Shown here: in pieces, positions 47,501 to 60,400 of the stretch
Position numbering within the stretch: the stretch's first letter is position 1
Layout of the letters: each line of letters opens with the position of its first letter
Origin: Dimorphilus gyrociliatus
Taxonomy: Eukaryota > Animalia > Annelida
Assembly (NCBI GenBank): GCA_904063045.1
Contig: CAJFCJ010000016.1
Location: 972,556 to 1,036,555 of the forward strand
Reading direction: 5' to 3'
DNA: 64,000 nt
Notes under the pieces: model-generated
The model's input: the letters and a program-made list of their open reading frames with translations, nothing else
The model's database searches: none
What the model was told of the DNA's origin: nothing
Translations under genes and position numbers: made by a program

Positions 47501-48877
47501 AAATACTTCAAATATTGTCAATTATCATCAAATTTTCATACTAAAATTGTATATAAATCAATTAGAAATTTTATAAAAATGATTTATAATTAATGTTCAT
47601 TCACTTGACCTAATCTATATTAATAACAAGATGCTTTTTTTATCAAATCAGCTTCAACACAGGTTCAGAAAAGAAAAAATAGAGATAAAGTGTTAAAAAT
47701 ACAATTCATGTCATATATTTCACATGTGTTCAAATTTAACTAGTAGCAGTGTATAATCAATGTCCTTTATAAATTTTAATGAAATGCATCTTTAAATCAT
47801 TAAAAAGCAGAGCTTTTATTTTTGTACATGTTAATTTATCTCCTAAAATATAAATTTCATTTCCAGATTTACCAGTAACATCATAGCTTATGGTGAAGGG
47901 TGTATTTGCATTTCTATTAACAACAGTTAGGACAGCATGTTAACTGACCATTCAGAGCATTAGGTGTTTTATAATATTCATCATACCCAGAGTTAGCTTT
48001 TCAGATTTTTTTTTTAAAGTTAAGCTGTCTAAGATCTGTACTATGGTTGTCTTGTTGAATGCATTTGTTATTGGTGCGCATTTCAGTTTGATATAGATGC
48101 TGTCTAAAAAACTGTACACATATATTCATCACCTTTTCTCTACAATAGACAAGTAGTATTCAACCAGTATTGTACTGTTTGGATAGCACTGATAGAGATA
48201 AGCTGAATCAATTAATTATTAATATTAAAGTAGAATACTTTAGTATGTTTAACCTAGGAAATATTAATCTAGATGGTTGCCAAGTATCGTTGACCTACCA
48301 TGGTTTTGTCTTCCCCTTTTAATGCAAAGACTCATCAGGGTCAATTCAGAGGATAGCATAACCTAAGAACTATCTTGAAGGGGAGGAGAGGATCAATTCT
48401 ACAATTGTATCCTTCCCTGCAGTAAGCTTTTTGGTTATAAGCCTAATCATAATTTGTTATATGTATGTAACCCTGTATAATTATGTGTAGGTGTATGTCT
48501 GATTGTGTATATATATATCAACCATTGAAGTTGATTTTTGTAATAGTTGTCAAAAAGTTGACATTTGTTTTTTGTAATTTTTCCTTTTTTTCCTTTTAGG
48601 ATTATGAAGATGATTTTGGTCATATAGATAGTTGTATTTTGATGCCTAATTTTTTATAATTTGTGAGGTTATATATGGTATTCATAAGAACTTTTGTTTT
48701 TATCAATGAATGCATGTGTGTATGTTTGTGTGTGAATATGTTTTTTATTTGTTTTGAATGAATAAAAGTTGATGTTTTTTAATTTTTGATTGAATTTGTG
48801 ATGATCAGATGTTAAGTTTAACTTGTACTGTTCCTCAAAACCCCTTGATTCTTCTTACTTGTGATTAGGTTTTATAT

Positions 48878-51800
48878 GGGGGCAACAGAAAACGTCCACA
48901 ACAGAAAATGTCCACAATTGACAGAAAACGTCCACAGATGGACAGAAAACGTCCACAACAGAAAACGTCCACAAATGGACAGAAAACGTCCACAAATGGA
49001 CAGAAAACGTCCACAAATGAACAGTAAATGTCCACATAGTATTATAAAAATAATTAAATAAGAATAGAGATGATGAAATGAATTAATATATTTTTCTTAA
49101 TTGATTAAATACTAATGATCTGAGAAAATGAAAACCATGAAATTGCAAGTAAAAAAGTTTATTTAAGAACATAATTTTTCAAATGACTTGAACATTTTTG
49201 ATATTTTTAATACTGTTGAATCAATACTGCACATAGTTAATAATATAAAGCAGAACACATCTCAACAAGTTGACTTGCTGTGATGTCACCAACTTTGAAG
49301 TTTTCCCAAATGGAAAACAGTTCCTTTTGAATTTCTGTGTAGACTTTTTTTTGCATTCTCAATATCTTCTTCTCACTTAATAATTTTTCATAGACAGATA
49401 TTAAGTCAGCCTCTCTCTTTAGTTCATCTATAATTGTGTAAAATGATGAGTTTATTCCCATGTTTTTATTGAGTCTATTATGGAATCCTTCCAAGTCATT
49501 ATTAGTGCAGATTGATTGGTTAAACACAGACCAAGTTTCTGGAGGCCAAAAGCTATTTTTTATCCAATTATCCTCCACATATTCTAATAAATCTCCAAGC
49601 TTATTTCTTTCAGCCAGCTCACTTTTTATTTTGTAAAATTGATTTGCAATCAAAGTATGAGGAAGGTAGGGCAAAGCCATAATCATTTTCATTGATTGCC
49701 ATTCTCCTTCTCTCTTTTTAAATTCTGGGCTGTAACCCAGATCCTAAAAGTAGAATAATATACTTGGATTAAATTTTTACATTTATTAGTATTATTTCTA
49801 ACCTGAATTTTTCTAAAAATGGCTTGTGACCAATGAAAACAACAACCAACCATTGTAACATCTGGCCATGTATCTCTGATACTTTTCCAAATGGCCTTCT
49901 CATAGTCCAAAACAATTTTTTGAACAGAGATGTCACCAGTTAATTCATTTACAGCCTAAATACACAAACTATCATTGATTTAAGTATTTAAAAGTATAAC
50001 TTACCTTGAAAAGTAATTTATAAGCTTTTTTCTTTTTTGAAGTTAAGAATGAAAAAAAATCAATGGCACCTGCTTCAACTCTCCATTTTTCTTTAAGAAT
50101 CCATGTATTGAAAACATTTGAACAAATGGATCCTTGGCAATTTTAAAAGTACCATCCACATACCATATTTTAGCCTTACTCAAAAGATTTAACTGATGGT
50201 CAGTTGCAAATACTAATATTCTTTGATTATTTAAATAAATATCTTTCTTTAGAAATCCCAATGGTATAAAAGTCAAATCAAGTTGAAAGTTGACATCATC
50301 AGGCTCAGCTGGTCTATTTTTTCACCTGTTATAGTTGGCTACTTCTTTGCAGTTGTGTAAATTCCCAAATGGATATTTTAAAAGAGTGTCTTCCCTAATC
50401 CTTTTTCCAGATGATTTATTATCACTAAGGCACTTCTCTTTGATATCTTTTCTAATTATAATCTGCTTTTCTGCATTTTTCAATGGAGAATGATTGTGTT
50501 TCATTTTACCAATTACAAAATCACTTCCTTTTTGGTTAATACTTGCAGAACACTTTCTATTTTTGTTACGAACTGAGCAAGTCCAAATTGTAGCTGTTTT
50601 TCTTTTCATTTTGATGTTAAAAGTATATCCTTTGTGGATGAGAAGATCTTTTCCTTTTTGACTGCCATTTTGTAAAATTTTGAAATGTAAATCATCAGTA
50701 CAATTATCTCTTTGACTAGTATTACTTTCAAATGAATCCTCTCGAAAATCTTGAACTTCTGTAGTTGATGTATCCACTGTGGTTACTTCAATTTCATTGT
50801 TGTATGTAATTTCATTGTCATTAATCACATTTCCAGTTTCCAATGGACAGTCAACAAAACCCTCTGAACTACTAAAAGAGAAAGACAACCTCAGCTCTTC
50901 TGTAGGTTCAATGAATTTCTTTTCTTTTTCATTATCAATTCTTGTTAGCAACACAATACAGTTTCTGTTTGATATTTGATAACACATCAAACATAATGGC
51001 AAAGTGCTGGTTGCATCTGAAAAAAAATTAATAACTGACAAAATCAAACTTTGGATATTTCATACCTTTAAAACACTTAATATGACAGTTTTTAAAGCAA
51101 AGACAACATTTGCCTTTGATTTGGTTTTCAATGAATTCATCTTGACATATATAACATGTATTATCCATGTTTTTAAACTTGGGATAGTTTTCTAGAAAAC
51201 TTGGAAAATAATTTATATTAACAAAATACCAGAAATTAGCAATTATCTATAGTATATACACTATTCAATAAGAGAAATCAAACAGTCAATTTTATTGACA
51301 AATCATGCTTTGTAATTAAAGGTTTGTACAATAGTCAAAAAAAAAATTTAAATACACCACATTAGGCAAAAAAGGTAGTATAAGTTTATGTTAAATAAAT
51401 CATTGATTGCTTTTGAACATATACTCCATTTTAACCTTAAAAAAACACTTTTTATTAAAATTGCTTCTTACCTCTGCTGAGTGAAAATAGAAAAGGAAGT
51501 TGATCTTTTCTATTTTCACAGCAGAAGATTTCCAACAATACCTGTTTTTGCTGGGGATCATAAATTTTTTTATTTTATCAAAAGAGTGAATTAAAAATCT
51601 TTTTACTACTATGAAGAGATATCTAAAAGCTTTTTATCACTTTGTAAATATTTTGTTTTTTTGTGGGTGTTTTCTGTCCCTTTGTGGACATTTTCTGTCC
51701 CTTTGTGGATGTTTTCTGTCTCTTTGTGGATGTTTTCTGTCTCTTTGTGGACGTTTTCTGTCAGGGTTAGTTTAACTATCAAAGTCACCTTTTTTTGAAA

Positions 51801-51979
51801 ATATAATTAATTATACATATAAAATTAACACTTTTCTATAAAGTTTTCAAAAGAAAAAGGTTTTTTTTTTGATTTTTTCACCTATTTTTTCATCGTTTTA
51901 ATTTTGTGGACATTTTCTGTCTTTTGTGGACATTTTCTGTTGTGGACGTTTTCTGTTGTGGACGTTTTCTGTCTGAACC
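48878..51979 (-). mobile_element. Mutator-like (MULE) DNA transposon, full-length but mutated
   Basis: Inverted arrays of CAGAAAACGTCCACA at both ends, GG..CC termini, flanking GTTTTATAT / GTTTATATT (shared TTTATAT), internal FLYWCH-MULE transposase. Confidence 0.9.
49237..51047 (-). pseudogene. FLYWCH + MULE DDE transposase with two introns, a nonsense codon and frameshifts
   Basis: FLYWCH LLIHKGYTF..WTCS..CSA..HNH; catalytic YVDGTF, DYEKAI, CCFHWSQA and TNNDLEGFHNRLN; in-frame TGA at 50322-50324; poly-T frameshift near 50052. Confidence 0.88.
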
Positions 51980-52119
51980 GTTTATATTCATTATTAATTA
52001 TTATATTCTCACTATATTACCATTAAATCTACCTTAGGACACTGTTTTACAAGTTATTTACATGAATTATTATAATATTTTATGAAAATATAGTAATAAT
52101 ACTTTTAAATCTTTTTAAT

Positions 52120-52536
52120 ACTTGGTATTGGAAAGATGCAGCTTTGGCCTCTTTTTAAAACTATTAAACAAGTTTTTAACATATTTGGTTGGAATATTGT
52201 CAAATGCTTGCTGTGTTTCCCTTCATGGATCATCTACATTTGTGCACATATGTTTACCAACCCTTCCTTTTAGGTATGACCATAAATTTTCAATAGGATT
52301 GAGGTCAGGACTCTGGGCTGACCAGTCTATGAAGTGCTGATGTTCTTTTCATTTAGATACCTTAAGGTAGTCCTAGATGTATGGCATGGAGCACCATCCG
52401 GCTTGAATACATGGTCCTTATGGTAATTCTCTAGAAGAGATTTATCAAGAATTTCTTGATATTTCTCCAAATTTAAATTACTTTTATATAAATGTATACC
52501 TCTGCTGCCATCTCTTTTTGTAAAACCCCAGATATT
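52120..52536 (-). mobile_element. Tc1/mariner transposase relic
   Basis: The minus strand encodes NIWG..NLNLEKYQEILD..FKPDGAPCHTS..DWSAQSPDLNPIENLW, with frameshifts and stops. Confidence 0.85.
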
Positions 52537-53792
52537 TAGAAATCATTTGCCTCTTTAAAAGCTTTTATAGTATATTTTGCCTTATTGTAGTTTGTTGTTT
52601 TGTAATTGTAGGAATTTCTGGTTCGTCACAACTGTAATTGTGTGTATAATGTATAGATAGTAAAACAACTATAAAAACTAAATTATATGTCTTTAATAAA
52701 AAACATCAGGGACTTGTAATCAAAAATAATAAAAAACTATTTATTATGCAAAACATTAAAAAAGATGATAAAATGATAAAAGGGTTAAAAAAATTTAATA
52801 ATCTTTAATAAACAGCCATAATAACAAATTTTAAATTACTAACTTGAGTTTATTTGGGCAGAATCTTAGTTTGCCAGCTGGTTTAAATCATGGTTATTTT
52901 GATTATCAACCAATAAAATTTTTATGACAAAGCATTAAACAGTGACTATCTAATTTATACAAGTTATTTCTGATTTTTTAAACAGGATTATTAATTCTGA
53001 CAAAAATAATGGAATTTTTGGTTTATGTTCAGCTTTGTTATAGTCATTCCACTCTGATATTTTCTTTTAGAAACTTTTGAAAAAGTGGAATTAAAGACTT
53101 TACTCAGCTTCAACAAAAAATGGATGTGCTAGATTCATTAACATTTTTAGGCCAAGTTAAATGTAAAACTTGCAACAATGAACAAATTTTCTCATCTTAA
53201 GAAATGGAAATATTCAAGTAATATTTCATTGGCAGTTTAAAGTTTGTTTTCAATCAAGGCTTTTACCTATTACGTTTTTGCCTTAAATTGATGTTTTCCG
53301 TTTGAGCTCTTTTGCTGATTATCTAATTTTTAAAGAGCAATTACAGACTATTTGACAAAGACAAGAAGGAAGATGACAAACTGGTATCACTCTAAACTAC
53401 AATGATCAATGCAAATCAAACAATAGAACCCATAGATCTGATTATTGAAGGGAGGAACTCTTTGATGAAGGCCTTCTGGCCAAATGTCTCACACCTTAGG
53501 ACTTCCAAAAATTTTTTTGTTTATAGGGTTAAATCAAAGCAGCCATATTTATCAACCAATGAGTTCAAGAAAGTTTCATATCATCATAGGTCAACTTGAC
53601 TAGGCTCAGAGTTTAAGTAGAGGATTTATCTTGTACAAAATATTTTATTTAGGCATTTACTCTTAAAAGGATAGATACAGAAAATTTTACACATGTGTTT
53701 TACATGGTTACTTATGCAGATTTGAAAGAAGATAGGATACAGATTTCACACTCTGTCTGCAAAAGTTAATTCAGTTGAATATCAAAAATAGC

Positions 53793-54025
53793 TGTACTTT
53801 GTTCTATTGTAATTGTAGGAAGTCCTAGCTCGTCACTATCAAATTCGTCCTCTCCAATCATGTACCAATGTGCCAAAGTACTGGTCCAAATAGAACCTTT
53901 CAAGTTCGTCCACAAGTAGTCTTAATAAATGTAATTCTAGTAAAAATTAACCAACAAACACCAGTATTTCATTCAAAGAATTTGTATTTGAGTAAATGAG
54001 TTTCTAGTTCTAAACAAGCAAGTTT
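53793..54025. repeat. dispersed repeat of about 233 bp, copy 1
   Basis: Nearly collinear with 58243-58475 (roughly a dozen substitutions by eye); a short related stretch lies near 52600-52630. Confidence 0.9.
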
Positions 54026-55061
54026 GAACAACCAGCTGATGGTTATAAAACTGAACTGACTACTGTTAAATTCTAAGGGTTTATATACTTTTCCAATAGT
54101 TCACAGTTCACAGATAAAAATATTCACACAAACAAATGTAACAATTTGGATAAAGGGAAAGTTCAAATATACTTCCATGTTTGTTACTTTTTCTTTATCT
54201 TGGAGAACTTTTGCTCCCTATTTTAGTAGGTCAAAAAGTTGCCTAAGATGTAACAATTATTAATAGAAGTTGGATTGATTCCAAAACACAAAAATAGGAA
54301 AAGGTCAACTTGATGCCGTTTTAATATACAACAAATTATTAATAATAATTGTTTGTGTAAGATAATATGTTTCTGTGTAAAGGACTGGTAGCATAAAAGT
54401 ATTAAACTTAATTAACTAATATAGTATTGTGCATACAATACTGTTGAAAAGTGACAATAATCTAAAAACTTCAAATATAAATAGAATAGTGGAAGATATA
54501 ATTAATATTCATTAAATATGATGTGTATAATAATTAGGGTTAACATCTAAGTTATAAAATACTTTTACAACTTAGTTTAAATAGTGTATGTTGTAGTTTT
54601 AGGCGTGTAGAGTACTCTATAATACTCTTTCAATATTGCTTTCCATCGATGAAAGAAATGTAACAATTTGGGTGTATTGTGTGAATTTGTGAGCCTGGTT
54701 ATAAGCTTATGTGTTTAGTACCTATGAACTGCCTAAATGTGTACATATAAGTTTCATAAAAAAATAGAGTTCAAGCATGTAAAATATAACCAAAGCTGTA
54801 CAACAATAAGGCTTTTTCTTTTGTTATGATTGTGTTCATGTTTACTCTTTATGAAAATATTTCATTTTTGTTGAATAATAACTGGACATTGAACATTCAT
54901 ATTGTACAACTTTGGTTATCTTTTACATGCTTGAACTCTATTATTTTATGCAACTTATACATGTACATCTTAAAACCTACACAAGAAAATGCTATAACAT
55001 TGGCCAAACATAAGTCTGATTAGTCAGCTTGAAGGCTCATCTTTAATTACCAATAAAGGTT

Positions 55062-55195
55062 TGGCCAAGTTATAATTTAATTAACTTGCCTAGGGTGTGG
55101 CCAAGTTATAATTTAATTAACTTGCCTAGGGTGTGGCCAAGTTATAATTTAATTAACTTGCCTAGGGTGTGGCCAAGTTATAATTCAATTAACCT
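55062..55195. repeat. 36-bp palindromic minisatellite, about 3.7 copies
   Basis: TGGCCAAGTTATAATTTAATTAACTTGCCTAGGGTG starts at 55062, 55098, 55134 and 55170 (last copy partial); internal inverted repeat CAAGTTA..TAACTTG. Confidence 0.92.
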
Positions 55196-56501
55196 TCCTA
55201 AATGTTGAACCTTGTAACATCCTCTTACTAAAGATAAATATGAATTACACATTTTTTTCAGTTTCATTTTCATGCAATAAGTTTTCCTCTATATTACAAG
55301 TAATGTAACTTCATAATGATTACAACTGTCTTTAACCCTGTTATTGAGAGTACAACTCAGAGCAGCTTTTACAATGGGATCATCATTGATCACATCTGAT
55401 AAACTAATGAAACAATATCTGTCACTCAAACTTTTGCATGAAGAAGGCTTATCATCTAACATTTCTGTAATATTAAGCAAAGTTAAATAAATATTTGGTT
55501 TTTACATAGTAAATATCATCTTTACAGATATGATGACAAAGTGAATTTCTTCAGTCCTAAACTTTTCTGCACATTTTTTGCAAAACACTCTTTGAGATTC
55601 TAAATGAAAAATGAAAAACATGAATAATTTAATAAAAACATATAAACAGACAGACCTTTGAGCATTCTTCATGTACATAATGTTGGCACTCACTGCATTT
55701 CATCTTACTCTGTCTACCATAAAATCATTTATTACAGTTAATACAAACAGGTGCCCTTAGTAAATTTCTAATTCATTTCTCTTTTAATAGCATTACATAA
55801 TTCAGAGAAAACTGGTAAAAACATTACAATACATATATCTTTCTTCAAAAATATTAATATATTTTTTTTATAAATGAAGTAAATAGCAAAAAGAAATATT
55901 TTTGATTCAAAGTATCAATAATTATACCTGGTATATCCTTAGCCATGCATAGGATGTTTTTTCCCAGGGACGTCTTTTTCAAACCGCCATAGCTCCTAAA
56001 TGGCTGGGCAGATTTGGTTCAAATTTTGTACAGAGATTCGTTTGTATTGGGACTAACTCTGTACCAAATTTTATAGAGATTGGAGCAGTTTGAAAATTTC
56101 GATAATTTTATTGGTCGACTCACAAGTGGAGGACACTTATATTCGACCTGCAGGTACATCAAGCCTGTCAATAATCAGTCTGGTGGCAATTGTACTGTGG
56201 CTTTTCAACTCACTTGAAAAAGGGTCAATAGACCTGAAGTATTGTGAGTGTTTTTATTTTGGTGAATTGTTACATCTGTTAAATACAGGTTCTCTTCACC
56301 CTTGTTGAGAATATGTAAGTGGTTTTGTTGGAGATACAATTACAGCTTAGGCTGGGGAATTGCTACTCAGGATAGCAACTCCTCATTAGCTACACCAAAA
56401 CTTAGCCAAATCTTGGTTACAAGTGTGTGTACACTTTTGTTAGCTATGTGGGCTCTGACTTATACATAATATCAAAGTTTGTTGATCACTACCTGGTCTA
56501 A

Positions 56502-57008
56502 TTGGCTAAGAGCACTACTAGTTATGTCAAAAATACCCAGCATTGTATTAATAAATTGTCCAAAATCCAGAACTGGGAACACAGAAAAATCTATACAGCA
56601 GATGTGGAAGCCTTGTACCCAAGTATCAACCCTGAATGGGGTATAAGAGCTGTTAGAGAATTTATGCTAACACATTACCATGAGGATATACCAGATGAAT
56701 TAATTTTGGATCTACTCTGAATTTGTCTCACCAACAATGACTTTACATTTAGAAACCACAGGTTCCTACAAATCAAGGGCACAGCCATGGGAGCCCCTTT
56801 TAGCCCAGCCTATGCCAACATTGTGCTACACATTTGGGAATGCAAATTGGTCTCCAGGCACTCTGAAAACATTGAATATTATGGGAGATATATTGATGAT
56901 ATCATTGTTGTCTCTAAAGCTGATAAAGATATTAGTGAATTTAAACTGGAACTCAATGGAAAAAACCCTGATATATACAGAGCCCTGACCAAGGGAACCC
57001 CTCATTGA
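56502..57008 (+). mobile_element. Penelope-like element reverse transcriptase fragment
   Basis: TADVEALYPSI, GTAMGAPFSPAYANI and GRYIDD motifs in one frame, interrupted by a single TGA at 56718-56720; truncated shortly after YIDD. Confidence 0.85.
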
Positions 57009-57461
57009 AACCTCTGTGGAGCCCTAACTTAAAGAGAACTCCCATACAACACCTAGAAGCAAATACTGTACCCTGACCAAGGAGAACCCCTACCATAACC
57101 AATACAAAGCTGGTAACATTGATTAACTAACCAGTTCCTAAAACTGACAACAGTTCTGTGAGTGGCCTAACCAAACCTAAACCAAACCCTAACCTAACGA
57201 AATATAAGTACTTCTATATTTGCACCAGTCTAATTCCTATAAAATAGAAGTCTTTCTAATGTACCCCTATATCTAAAGTCTAAGTATTGATATATCATTG
57301 TATCTAAGTGCACACACAATGCCAAACATTAAACATTCATATTAAATTGTATTGAATAAGGTCTACCATTTTATAAAAAGATTTTTATACTGAATTGTTG
57401 TGTACAGTAAACCCAGTTGATTTTAAAACTAAACCTACAAATTGAATTTTTCTGAAATAAT

Positions 57462-60400
57462 ATGGCAAAAGTAAGAATATTTTTTTTTAATTTATTAAAT
57501 TATATTTTTTGGATTTTTTTAGGCAATTATATAGTTGAGATTTCAATAGCAATTTAGTAAAAATGCTGGAATATATGTTAAGATAATATTTGAAAGTATC
57601 TGTTGTCAGCCATTGCAACTAGACTTGGCAAATTACCAAATTTAATGTTACCTGTTTTATTTGCTTACAAATCTTAGTGAAAGGTTGTTTATCATTCTAT
57701 TCTACATTTTTCATCACCAAACACCTATTTAATTCTAAGTATATTTTTAATAATAATATTTCTCAATGATAATTATTGTCTAGTAAACTACAAACTCAAC
57801 CCTTCACTATGACAACAATATATATATTCTTATTTCATCTTTTAAAGATACTAGATTATAGTATGGTAAAAAAAGATCCTTTTGAGAAAATGTTGATCTA
57901 ATTTGAGAACTAATAGTAATATAGTGAGAATATTATAATTAAAAATAAATGTATGTTTATAAAAATGTATTAAAAATGTAAAAAGCTAAGAATGTTATAC
58001 AACGTTTTAAAGTTACTCAAATACAAACAAAATATGGTGAGACACTAAGAATTTTTTTGAATAGATTATTTGCAATCTTCTGTGAGAGGACAGCAGATTT
58101 AATCATTCATTTCTCTTTAAATAGCATCACATAGTTCAGAGCAAGTGGGTAAAATATTGCAGTACATTTTTCATTAAATTTATTACTAATTATGCCCAGT
58201 ACATCTTTATCCATGCCTTGGACATTTTTTCCCATCTATGGGTGTACTTTGTTCTATTGTAATTGTAGGAAGTCCTAGCTCGTTGCTATAAAATTTGTCC
58301 TCTCCAATCATTTACCAATGTGCCAAAGTACTAGTCCAAATAGAACCATTCAAGTTCGTCCACAAGTAGTCTAAATAAATGTAATTCCAGTAAAAATTAA
58401 CCAACAAACACCAGTATTTCATTCAAAGAATATGTATTTGAGTAAATGAGTTTCTAGTTCTAAACAAGCAAGTTTAGATCCCATCTATGGGATATCATTC
58501 CCAGGCATGTTTTTTCCCTAGGATGGTTTTTCTCAATCATAACCATTACATTAGTGATCATTAAAACATTTCTGTGTAGGCTTCAAATCTTTTTTTTCCC
58601 AATAAAATCTGTCAATAAATTTATATTTTACAGCACATTAGAAATAACTTACTTAACTATCATTATGAAAATATATTAGAATGTCTAAATGGTGATGAAA
58701 AATTTCAAACATTTCTACTACAGGAAGATGTGATTAAAGACAATTGTTTATCTGAGCAATTAAATTTTGAAAAGCTTTTTAAGGAACATATTCAATATGT
58801 GCCAACATCTAAATTCCTTTTAATTTTACTTAAAATGAACACAGTAAAATGTCAAAGACTTTCGGAATTGATTAACAATACTTGGACTATTTTAATGAGA
58901 GAGAGAAAGAATATTTTATTAAAGGATTTGGAAACAATTCCAAAGTTTCCATTTTTAAAAGAAAATCCTTCTCAGATTAATTTCAGTAAAATTTTCACAC
59001 CCATCCAATTGGTATCATCAAAAAGTAATCTGGTTGTTGATGAAAATTTTGATGATATTAAATCCTTTCAAAAGATTTTAATTGATGAGGAAAATAAAAG
59101 AATTTTGATTAGAGGAGATGCTGGTATGGGTAAAACTTATCATGCAATGAAAATTTTACATTCATGGGTTCATGATGACACATTTTTGGACAATTGTCTT
59201 CTTTTGTATATCAAACTTGGAGCTGTTCAAAGAACTGCATCTAAAGAATCTTTGGTTGATGAACTGTTTACAAATAATTTTAAAAGAGACTCCTGCATTA
59301 CCAAAGAACTCTTTCAGTACTTTTTTGAGCAGACAGAATGCAAAGAAAAGATGATTCTTCTTTTGGATGGGGCTGATGAACTGAAATATGAAGATTCAAT
59401 ATTTAATGATATTGTAAAAAAGTGTAATTTTACAATTTATCCAGTAATTGTTTGGGCAAGAAATTGGAAAATTAGACATGTTAGTGATACCTATGATTTT
59501 GTATTTGACATCAATGGATTCAATGAAAGACAATTGAAAATTTATTTTGAAAAATTTTTTAATGAAGACAATTTACCTGATTTAAAACTACCATTTTACC
59601 ATAATAAAAGCCATAAGAAATTAACCACTAATTGTTTCCACCATGATGGAAAAGTTATAAAGAAATCTGATATTCTTTTTCAAATGTTAAAAACAGAAAA
59701 CAAAGAAGTTTTTAACATTTGTAATAGTCCTTTAATAGCCTGTTTAGTAGCTGGTATTTGGGAAGAAAGAGATACAAATATTATAGGTACTAGATATTCT
59801 ATTTTTGATCAATCCATACAGATTCTATTAACTAAGGCTGGCATTGATTCTAAAAGTAATGATTATACGAAAATTTTAGAATATTGTTCAAAACTGGCTT
59901 TTGAAAATTTACTTTACAATAAAGAAATATCAATAAATGAAATTGTAAAAAAGTCAGATTATATTGGTGGATTATTGATTCCAGTTAAGAAAAAATCATC
60001 TATGACGCAATTTAAAGATTTTACATTTATTCATATTTTCTTCCAAGAATATCTAACTGCAAGATATATCATAAATTTATACCAAGATAGCAAGAAAAAT
60101 GAATCAATGATTCAATCACTAAAAACATATTTTGACAAGTTGGAAAATCTATTTTTATTGAAAAATGTTTTCAGTTTTCTTCAAGAAATAAATTATAAAG
60201 TATTTTCTCAAATTATTGAAGAGAATGAAAATATTCTTATGGTATTGGAAACTGATCAAAGAATTATTGATATAATAAATAGAAGGCATTCAAATTTAAT
60301 TGAACTTGAGTCAATATCATTACCAACAACTATTATTAATATTATATTTAATTCCTATAAAAGAAATATCAAAGAAATCAATTTCAAATTTGTTAAGATA

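Noticed and set aside
48885-49036. CRISPR-like or iteron array; ORFs 48855-49037 and 48861-49061
   Set aside because: Spacers are only 0-6 nt and the units are mirrored at 51662-51972, so these are transposon termini. The ORFs are translations of the repeat.
55062-55195. CRISPR array (36-bp palindromic repeat)
   Set aside because: Units are directly adjacent with no unique spacers, there are no cas genes, and the context is eukaryotic.
55289-55693. Cys-containing minus-strand ORFs (FCKKCAEK)
   Set aside because: Too short and fragmentary to assign as exons or to a domain.
50322-56720. TGA readthrough or an alternative genetic code suggested by in-frame TGAs in the MULE and Penelope ORFs
   Set aside because: The elements carry other lesions, and long host ORFs contain no in-frame TGA. 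Point mutation explains them more simply.
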